Shown here piece by piece: positions 12,290 through 26,442 of a stretch of 64,000 bases of DNA. Both the position numbers and the translations under genes were made by a program. Location: NCBI RefSeq assembly GCF_009914755.1, contig NC_060928.1; one strand, 5' to 3'. How positions within the stretch are numbered: position 1 is the stretch's first letter; each line of letters opens with the position of its first letter. Under the pieces are notes generated by a model. It searched no databases. It was not told the origin of the DNA and worked only from the letters and a program-made list of their open reading frames with translations. Source of the stretch: the human T2T-CHM13v2.0 reference genome, Homo sapiens.

Positions 12290-12847
12290 AAAAGTGGGAA
12301 AAAATTTCTTTTGGGTGGGGGCTGGTGTGGGGTTGGGCCTTCCTCTTTGTCTCCTGGGCCCCTCAATCACATTTCTTAAGATCTGGGTCGAGAAGGAGGG
12401 GCAGCCAAGATGGCCGAATAGGAACAGCTCTGGTCTACAGCTCCCAGCGTGAGTGACGCAGAAGACGGGTGATTTCTGCATTTCCATCTGAGGTACCGGG
12501 TTCATCTCACTAGGGAGTGCCAGACAGTGGGCGCAGGACAGTGGGTGCAGCGCACCGTGCGTGAGCTGAAGCAGGGCGAGGCATTGCCTCACTCGGGAAG
12601 CACAAGGGGTCAGGGAGTTCCCTTTCCTAGTCAAAGAAAGGGGTGACAGACGGCACCTGGAAAATCGTGTCACTCCCACCCTAATACTGCACTTTTCCAA
12701 TGGGCTTAAGAAATGGCACACCAGGAGATTAAATCCCGCACCTGGCTCGGAGGGTCCTACACCCACAGAGTCTCGCTGATTGCTAACACAGCAGTCTGAG
12801 ATCAAACTGCAAGACGGCAGCGAGGCTGGGGGAGGGGCACCCGCCAT
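12275..12847 (-). CDS. L1 antisense ORF0, extended to 190 aa by read-through into the flank (putative)
   Basis: ATG at 12847 begins MAGAPPPASLPSCSLISDCC (ORF0 N-terminus), in frame within ORF 12275-13162; stop at 12275. Translation is not demonstrated. Confidence 0.45.
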   Translation of the reverse strand: MAGAPPPASLPSCSLISDCCVSNQRDSVGVGPSEPGAGFNLLVCHFLSPLEKCSIRVGVTRFSRCRLSPLSLTRKGNSLTPCASRVRQCLALLQLTHGALHPLSCAHCLALPSEMNPVPQMEMQKSPVFCVTHAGSCRPELFLFGHLGCPSFSTQILRNVIEGPRRQRGRPNPTPAPTQKKFFPTFDQDV

Positions 12848-13430
12848 TGCCCAGGCTTGCTTAGGTAAACAAAGCAGCTGGGAAGCTGGAACTGGGTGGA
12901 GCCCACCACAGCTCAAGGAGGCCTGCCTGCCTCTGTAGGCTCCACCTCTGGGGGCAGGGCACACACAAACAAAAAGACAGCAGTAACCTCTGCAGATTTC
13001 AATGTCACTGTCTGACAGCTTTGAAGAGAGCAGTGGTTCTCCCAGCACGCAGCTGGAGATCTGAGAATGGGCAGACTGCCTCCTCAAGTGGGTCCCTGAC
13101 CCCTGACCCCCGAGCAGCCTAACTGGGAGGCACCCCCCAGTAGGGGCAGACTGACACCTCACACGGCCGGGTACTCCTCTGAGACAAAACTTCCAGAGGA
13201 ACCATCAGACAGCAGCATTCGCGGTTCATGAAAATCCGCAGTTCTGCAGACACCGCTGCTGATACCCAGGCAAACAGGGTCTGGAGTGGACCTCTAGCAA
13301 ACTCCAACAGACCTGCAGCTCAGGGTCCTGTCTGTTAGAAGGAAAACTAACAAGCAGAAAGGACATCCACACCAAAAACCCATCTGTACATCACCATCAT
13401 CAAAGACCAAAAGTAGATAAAACCACAAAG

Positions 13431-14448
13431 ATGGGGAAAAAAACAGAGCAGAAAAACTGGAAACTCTAAAAAGCAGAGCGCCTCTCCTCCTCCAAAGGAA
13501 CGCAGTTCCTCACCAGCAACGGAACAAAGCTGGACACAGAATGACTTGAAAGAGTTGAGAGAAGAAGGCTTCAGACAATCAAACTACTCCGAGCTACAGG
13601 AGGAAATTCAAACCAAAGGCAAAGAAGTTAAAAACTTTGAAAAAAATTTAGACGAATGTATAACTAGAATAAACCAATACAGAGAAGTGCTTAAAGGAGC
13701 TGTTGGAACTAAAAGCCAAGGCTCGAGAACTACGTGAAGAATGCAGAAGCCTCAGGAGCTGATGCAATCAACTGGAAGAAAGGGTATCAGTGATGGAAGA
13801 TGAAATGAATGAAATGAAATGAGAAGGGAAGTTTAGAGAAAAAAGAATAAAAAGAAATGAACAAAGCCTCCAAGAAATATGGGACTATGTGAAAAGACCA
13901 AATCTGCATCTGATTGGTGTACCTGAAAGTGACGGGGAGAATGGAACCAAGTTGGAAAACACTCTGCAGGATACTATCCAAGACAACTTCCCCAATCTAG
14001 CAAGGCAGGCCAACATTCAGATTCAGGAAATACAGAGAACGCCACAAAGATACTCCTCGAGAAGAGCAACTCCAAGACACATAATTGTCAGATTCACCAA
14101 AGTTGAAATGAAGAAAAAATGTTAAGGGCAGCCAGAGAGAAAGGTCGGGTTACCCACAAAGGGAAGCCCATCAGACTAACAGCTGATCTCTTGGCAAAAA
14201 CTCCACAAGCCAGAATAGAGTGGGGGCCAATATTCAACATTCTTAAAGAAAAGAATTTTCAACCCAGAATTTCATATCCAGCCAAACTAAGCTTCACAAG
14301 TGAAGGAGAAACAAAATCCTTTACGGACAAGCAAATGCTGAGAGATTTTGTCACCACCAGGCCTGCCCTAAAAGAGCTCCTGAAGGAAGCACTAAACATG
14401 GAAAGGAACAACCAGTACCAGCCACTGCAAAATCATGCCAAATTTTAA
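13431..14448 (+). pseudogene. L1 ORF1p, frameshifted with stops
   Basis: ATGGGG start at 13431; fragments KRPNLHLIGVPE and YPAKLSF lie in different frames; in-frame TGA near 13760 and 13820. Confidence 0.93.
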
Positions 14449-14511
14449 AGACCATCAAGGCTAGGAAGAAACTGCATCAACTAACGAGCAAAATAACCAG
14501 CTAACATCATA

Positions 14512-18322
<3,811 letters not shown>

Positions 18323-19496
18323 ACAATGAAAACACATGGACACAGAAAGGGGAACATCACACTCTGGGGTCTATTGTGGGGTGGGGGCAGGGGGGAGGGA
18401 TAGCATTAGGAGATATACCTAATGCTAAATGACGAGTTAATGGGTGCAGCACACCAGCATGGCACATGTATACATATGTAACTAACCTGCACATTGTGCA
18501 CATGTACCCTAAAACTTAAAGTATAATAATAATAAAATAAAACTTAAAAAAAAGTGGGAGAAACACTATACAGTCTTGTAAAATAAACTATAGAGTTTAT
18601 TTCAAAATGATACAATTTTATGTCTATTCTTACTAATGGGATTTTAAAGATACCATCTATTACCCATCCAGAAGGAAAGAAATGAATCTCTAGGAAGGAG
18701 TACCCAAACCCCCATATAGTGCTGTAATTAGGAAAAGGAAAAAAATGTCTATTTTAATTATATGGAAAGGTATTTGCATCATCTCAATTAAGTTGTATGG
18801 CCTGCTAGTGAGAGGAAGAATATATTGCTACTCTTTAGCTCCTACACATGAAAGGTGGCAATGAATGCCTGCTGCTTATGATAATGGTAGATAAGATCAA
18901 AAGAGATCTCTTTCAGTTTTCTTAATAATAAGATATATATTAAGGTTTTCAAACTGAAAATATTGAGATTTAATAAGCTTAAGGATAAATATGTGAGATA
19001 CATATAGGTATTTGTTTGGTAATATCACATACCCTCTGTACCTAGATGACTAGTACTCCATAGCAGTTTGTCATTTAAAGGACTTGCCCCTTGCCATATC
19101 ACAACATGCAAAGGTTCCTGTAGTTTCTAAAATCTCCTCTCAAGGGAAACTAGGATTCTGTTTCCAGGCTGGCATAAACTGCTAATGATTTATGTGATAC
19201 TTTTCCTATGCAAGGGCAATGGAAACAACTAGCTTTGCCACAAGACTACTGTCTCATTTTTCTGAGAATTATAACATCTGGAGAAAGAACAGTAAACCTA
19301 ATATAAGACTTACTGTTTTTATCAGAATTTTTTTTGAAGGAAGCAGCTGGCTAGGATAGCCAGCAATGTCATAGCAAATGAAAAACGTGTTCCTGCTTTA
19401 TTTTTTTAAGTCAATAACAAAATCATCAAGTAACTATTATTGAAATAAAACCAAAATTCCAGAAATTTTGGCACATCCTTTTTGTTGTTTACTTAC

Positions 19497-19694
19497 GTCT
19501 TCCATGCAGGAAGAAATGAGAGGGATTGACTACCAAGTAGAAGTTGGTGACTATGGCACTTAGTTTTAACACAGCAGTTTCACGGGTTTTCTTTTATACT
19601 GAGTACAACCCTAGATCCCCCACATATAGATTTCCAAGAATTGTTTGTTTTGTAACCCACAGGAGAGAAAGGCTCTTGTACTCACATGTAAACA
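19497..19694 (-). promoter_or_regulatory. Candidate TATA promoter and short first exon
   Basis: Minus-strand TATAAAAG at 19598-19591, GAS motif TTCCAAGAA at 19632-19640, forkhead-like motifs at 19642-19650 and 19688-19694, donor GAC|GTAAGT at 19497/19496. Confidence 0.4.
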
Positions 19695-19949
19695 AACTTC
19701 AGAAGATTGATAATACATGTTTGAGAACTGATGAAGTATATATTTTGAAAGCAAGAAGAGTCACAGTATATGAGGGAAAATACACATCTGAACATAGATT
19801 CAGATATACATATGAAAAAACATACAGGATTTGCAGTATTTGTTTAGAAGATATTGAAAATATCTAAAGGATTCAAGAAATTTGTTCATGGAAGTATAAT
19901 ATATATTATAGATTCCTTTGGTTATTAAAATCTACTTTTTAAGAATACC

Positions 19950-20760
19950 TCTAGTAATTTCCTATGGTTGCTGTAACAAAGTACCACAGACTGAGTGGTT
20001 TAAAACCAAAGAAGTTCATTCTCCCACTGTTCTGGAGGCTTGATCAAAATCAGCAGGTTGACAGAACCAAGCTTCTTCTAAATGCTCTAGGGAAGGAGTC
20101 TTCCCTGACTCTCATCTTCTGACAGCTTCAGGTATTTCTTTCCTTGCAGCAGCAGAGCCCCACTCTCAGCCTCCATCTTCACATGGCCATCTTCCCTCTG
20201 TGTCTCTGTCCTCACATGGTGTTCTTCTCCTTCCAGTGTGTCTGTAATCTCTTTTGGTTTTTGTTTTGTTTTGTTTTGTTTTGTTTGTTTTTTGAAACAG
20301 GGTCTTGCTCTGTCACCCAGGCTGGAGTTCAGTGGCATGATCTCAGCTCACTGCAACCTCCACCTCCCGGTTCAAGCAATTCTCCTGCCTCAGCCTCCCA
20401 CCAAGTAGCTGGGATTACAGGTGCCTACTACCACACCCAGCTACATTTTGTATTCTTAGTAGAGATGGGGTTTCACTGTGCTGGCCAGGCTGGTCTCAAA
20501 CTCCTGACCTCAAGTGATTCACCTGTCTCAACCTCCCAAAGTACTGGGATTACAGGAGTGAGCCACGGTGCCCAGCCTGTTTTCTTTTTGTAATAAGCAC
20601 CCCAGTTATACTGGATTAGGGCCCACCCTAATTGAGGATGGCCTCATCTTAACTCACTTACATCTCAAAGATGCTATTTCCAAACAAAGTCACGGTCACA
20701 GAGAAAACATGTTAGGACATCAACATGTCTTTTTAGAGGACAAAATCCAACCCTCAACAA
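19950..20760 (-). mobile_element. MLT1 (MaLR) LTR split by an Alu
   Basis: gctgtaacaaagtaccaca...gttctggaggct...ggattagggcccaccctaat, MLT1 hallmarks. Confidence 0.8.
20255..20577 (-). mobile_element. AluS with (TTTTG)n tail
   Basis: Full dimeric Alu. Confidence 0.93.
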
Positions 20761-22469
20761 TACTTGACATAATTCTTTTGATTATGAAGAGGTTATTTTT
20801 TTCTTCATTATTGCATATCAGCATTCAATGCAGTGCATTCCCTGAGTTACTGTGCCCATAGTTTTATTTTCTTCATAAGCAGATAGTCAAGAACAAACTT
20901 GATTGGAAAAATTGAGGGACGATTCAATGGAATCAGCATTAATATTTCAGATACAAATCTATAACACAATGATAAATGATCCCACTGGATTTGGCCTCCA
21001 TTTTTTAAAATTTATAAGGAAAACACAAATGTCCCATTGGAGTAAATGAGGAATGTGAATATTTGGATAACCTTCTAAGAAATAAATTATAACCACTAAG
21101 GCAGCGGGCATTAAGGCAGTCTGGAAGGCAATTCCTAGAGTTGCAGGAAGGGCACTGATGACTGAAAATGGTCACTACATGTATATAAAACACAGGCCAA
21201 AAGTGAACAAAACAAATCAAGGCGACTGGCTGAAATAATTAAAGCCAGAAGTTACCTGTTGAAAAAAGCTCCCTCTCCATTCCTTAGTCCAGTGCATAGG
21301 TATCACAGCTAGATGAAGAGAAAGAATTCTGGGACAGAATCCAAGGCTTTATTCCTGACCTTCTTTGAAACTGACTCAGAGAGTAAGGACCAGACAACCC
21401 AGCAACCAGGGATATCCTGACCCATTCACATCTCTGAAACACTCTATTACCACCTTTGTAAAGGCTGAGCCACCCAGAGGGAAGAAAGGGAATCCTACCT
21501 CTAAAACAGGAGGAAATATTCACCTGTCAGAAGAGGAGAAGGAATTAATGTGGGTGACTCAGATGTTAAAAGTTCCCTTTATTCATGCTCCGATCACATG
21601 TGTCTGGAGTTCTAGGTACTAAGTGCAGGTACAGGAACCGTGAAGCCTCAGAAGAGATGGTAAATCATATGTGGGAGTCACTGCCCTTTGACAAAGTATC
21701 ACGGCACACACATGCCCTGTTACCCCGCCATGCAGCCCCAAACTCTGAAGATGAATTCTTTGACTATAATGGACACTTCTGCAGGAGTCCACAAAAATTT
21801 AAATAGAAAAGTAGGAGGTGCACAATGGACCTTTTACCAGATTAACTGACACCGGGGATTATTAGTTAAAATAGTACTTTTCAACCTCCATCCCCAAAAC
21901 CTACTTAAATCAATTGATGTGTCTAGGAGGTTATTTCATTTTTGGTTGTTGTTGTTGTTGTTGTTGTTCATAGAAACGTAGAGTTTGATATTGGAGCAGA
22001 GCCCAGGGAACAGATGAGGAGACAAAAAGGAAGGGGTGAGTCTGTCTCCTACTGAGACTCAAAGGCTAGGTGTTTTTGCCCTTTGTAGAGAGAGCTTCCA
22101 GAAAGAAATTATCAAAATTTGCTTTAAAAGATTTAGAATACAATGAAAGCTACTTTAAGGCAAAAAGAAATATATTCTATCTGACTCTTTTTCCAACAGA
22201 AGGACAATTTTTAACAATTGTAACAGTAAGTGTTCACAGGAATGTAAGGAAACAAACTCTCTCATGCAATGTTGGGAAGATGGTAAATGAATGTTTTTGG
22301 GAAGACCATTCAGCAGAATATTCTAAAACATTTAAGGTACTTACCATCTGACCGAACAATTCCTCTTAGGAGCCTCTATCTGAAGACTGTCATACCCATA
22401 CACAAAGATGTACACATAAGTATTTTCATTGTGTTAATGCCTAAAGTAGCAAAAACTGAGAAAGTCACT

Positions 22470-22936
22470 GCTATAGGTTAATGTGTGTCCCCCAAAAAAG
22501 ATGTGTCAAAACTGTAACCCATAGTACTTCAAAACAGGTCCTTGGTTGGAAATAGGCTCATTGCAGAGTAGTTCAGATAAGGTCATACTAGAGTAGGATG
22601 GGTCCTTAATCCAATATGGCTGGTATCCTTATAAAAGAGAATACCTTGTAAACACAGGCATGCACAGAGGGATGACAATGTGAAGATACACACTGAGAAG
22701 ATGGTCATGTGACTAGAGTGATACATCTACAACCCAAGGAAAACAAAGGATTACTGGCAAACACCAGAAGCTAGAAGAGACAGGAAGAATTCTCCCCTAG
22801 ACCTGTCAGAGAGTGCATGATCCATTGGGCACCAGGATTTCAGGCTTCTAGCCTCCAGAGTATGTGACAAATTTCTTTGTTTGAAGTGACTCAGTGTATG
22901 GTATTTTGTTACAACAACCCTAGAAAATGAATACAG
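22470..22936 (+). mobile_element. MLT1 LTR
   Basis: tgctataggttaatgtgtgtccccc...cttctagcctccaga...aatgaataca. Confidence 0.85.
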
Positions 22937-23092
22937 TCACTTACTGTGTAAGGAAACAAGTAAATACACAATGGTACAATTATACCAAAAAATAGCACCC
23001 TTAAATGTAGACCAACATGCAGGCACAGCAATCATAGCAATGAATTATTTTCAAAAAAGGCAAGCCACTGAAAAACGCATATAAATAAGACA

Positions 23093-23225
23093 AATATATA
23101 TACACTACTTGCATATATCTGTGTGTGCATGTGTGTGTATATATATACCTATTCATATATACGGATTATACACAAACATGCACACACATGCATACACACA
23201 CACACATACACACACATATATATAT
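23093..23225. repeat. Mixed (TA)/(TG)/(CA) microsatellite
   Basis: Seen directly. Confidence 0.85.
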
Positions 23226-23320
23226 TTGTAAGTGGATTAGAAGGATCTAAACCAAATTTTTAACTGTGTTTCATGCTATCATCTACATTGTTTCAAACTT
23301 TAACAATAATAATGTAGTTG

Positions 23321-23630
<310 letters not shown>

Positions 23631-23749
23631 ATAATGTAGCCATAAAATATTCATATAACTTTAAAAATAAAAGTATTTTCTTGAAACTTTATAAACAATT
23701 TTATATATTGTTGACTACATTGACTGGATACTGTAAAACTAAAGTCAAA

Positions 23750-24950
23750 AGAACTGTACATAAACATTACACCTAGATGGTAAAGTCATTTCTCATGGGA
23801 ATACAGGTTAATAATTCTGAAACTGCTCTACATGTATACTGGTTGAACAAATAAGTAAAAAGTAGCTGACAGTAGAAGCCAAGCTTCTGCTTATTAGAAA
23901 AGAAGGAAATAAAAATGCAAGAGGCAAAGGCAAGAATGAACTATGTGGTACTAGGTTAGATTTGAAGACATCAGTATGAACTTGTTTTAAGTTAACAGGA
24001 TAAATAATTACAGATATGTATGTATACACAGATTAGTATACATACACACATTTTCCAGTTCTGTTCACTGAAGAGGGTCTAGAAACAATGACACCCCAGT
24101 TGCAACAAACATATCCAGTACCCAGAATTTGGTTTCTACTACTATTTGTCAATAAAAGGAGCCAGGGATCATTTGTTGAGGAGACTGTCCTTTCCTGCTT
24201 GAATGGTCTTGGTATCTGGGTTAAAAATCATTTGACCATACATGCAAGGGTGTATTTCTGGGCTCTGTATTCTATTCCATTGGTCTATATGCCTTGTCTT
24301 TTTGCCAGTACCACACTGTTTTGATTACTATAGCTTTGTAATAAGTTTTCAAATCAGGAAGTGTGAGACATCTAATTTTGTTCTTTTTCATTCCAAGAAT
24401 CTTTTTATTATTCAGAGTCCCTGAAATTCCATAAGAATTTTAGCACAATTTTTTTATAAATCTAAAAGTATTCTGAAACAAAAGTTTTATTTGTAAAATA
24501 ATTTATTATTTGTAAAATATTTTATTATTGTTAAATAATTTATTATTAATGTTTTTTCCGTCAACAAATAGATATTGCTATTTCTTTTAACAACTACAAA
24601 ATGCACTATTGTATGTATGCACTATTTACACAATTTTTTATTGATGGATATTGGGTGTTCGCCAATGTTGTGCTCTTTAAACTGCTTCAGTGAACATCCT
24701 TGTACGTACACCTTTTCTAACAAGTGTAATTATCTTTTCAGAAGTCAGTGCTTGAAGTAGGATTACTAAATCAAAGGATATGCTCATTTTAAATGTTGAT
24801 TTATACTACCAAACTGCAGTATAAATTACTATTATCAGTTTATATCCCACCAACAGTTCATAAGAGAGATTGCCCTTCTCTCCATGTAAGTTTCATCTTT
24901 TTCATCCTTGCTAATGTGATAGGCTAAAATTTGATATCTCTTTCTTGCTT
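23750..24950. mobile_element. Mosaic of old L1M fragments on both strands
   Basis: 24170-24450 is a clear antisense ORF2 segment (ccagtaccacactgttttgattactatagc); flanks resemble L1MC/ME 3' UTRs. Confidence 0.6.
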
Positions 24951-25535
24951 TAACTTTCTTCATTTAAAATCAACTAAAACCTTAAAGTTGAGCATTACAT
25001 CCTCAGATCATCATATGAACTTAAAGCTTTAACTTTTTCCATTTTCTCCAGTAGAAATGTTTTCAGAGACTAGCTCTTGATCTAGCATAAAGTTATAATT
25101 TTATAGAAATCACAATGAGGTTTCTTTGCTACATGCCTTAGAAAGCAACTGTGATTAACTTTAGCAGAAGATAACATATTGAAAGCATATCATAAGGGTC
25201 ACAGAAGTGACAGACAGCTGGAGAATTAGTTTTCTTAAAATGAGGGGCAAGGATTCCTAAGAGTAAAGCCACAAGAACCCTTAAGCAAGGAGAATGTGAC
25301 CAGCATATTGCCACAGATGTAATGAATAAACTTCTGCAATCCTTTGTATCTTTCACTCAATTTTCAAAAGTCCTGAGAGAAAGTCTGTAATCGGTCAGGT
25401 TTAAATCACATGGCTATCCCTTGACTGCACCAAAGAGAGGGAAAACTGACCCCTTCAGTTTCCACAGTGTCATTGGTGTAAGTACATTATTAAACTAACT
25501 TATTTGATGGGCAAAATAAATAACCAACAAATCTA

Positions 25536-25871
<336 letters not shown>

Positions 25872-26264
25872 TTAATTATATTTGACTTTATCAATAATCA
25901 TGAAATATAAATTAAAATATTTCTAATTGGCAAAGTATATTTTAACTCTGAATAAGTAATTCAAAATAGGTGAATATGTGCCTGTTATATATAACTCAAA
26001 AAGAATAAATTCAATGTGAATCTCTCCAAATCATTTATGTAGTATTATTATCAAAAATAATTAACCTGAATTTAATTATGAGATAATCAGAAAAAATCCA
26101 GATTGTGTAACTTTACATAAGACAATTGACTGGACTCTTCATAAACACAAAGATCATGATAAAACAATAAATAGTGGGAGCAGGAATATTCTAGACTAGA
26201 GGAGACCAAGTAGTGTCCTTTAATCTAACTATATACAATGCACTATCCTTGATTGGACCTTGGA

Positions 26265-26442
26265 TAGGAAGGAAGGAAGGAAAGAAGGAAGGGAGGAAGG
26301 GAGGGAGGGAAGGAGGGGAAGGAAGGAAGGAAGAAGGAAGGAAAGGACGGAGAAAGGGAGGGGAGAGGAAAAAGGGAGAAGGAAAGGAGGAAAGAAAGGA
26401 TGGAAAAGAGGGAGGGGGAGGGAAGAAAGAGAGGGAAGAAAG
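26265..26442. repeat. GA-rich (GGAA-type) simple repeat inside an old L1 3' UTR fragment
   Basis: About 180 bp of almost pure purine. Confidence 0.9.

Noticed and set aside
12275-13162. 295-aa ORF as a novel gene from its annotated start
   Set aside because: The start is a non-ATG codon within the L1 5' UTR antisense strand; only the ORF0 ATG at 12847 is credible.
20087-20593. Alu-derived ORFs here and at 25.5, 34.2, 36, 43, 46, 50.6 and 52 kb
   Set aside because: Translations are standard Alu frames ([15 protein letters not shown]), not genes.
21240-21810. Moderately GC-rich unique region with 70-85 aa ORFs
   Set aside because: No recognisable protein similarity and no convincing splice-flanked coding exon.
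24488-24550. AT-rich 19-bp tandem repeats; also 10-bp repeats at 31921-31960
   Set aside because: Low-complexity slippage products with few copies.
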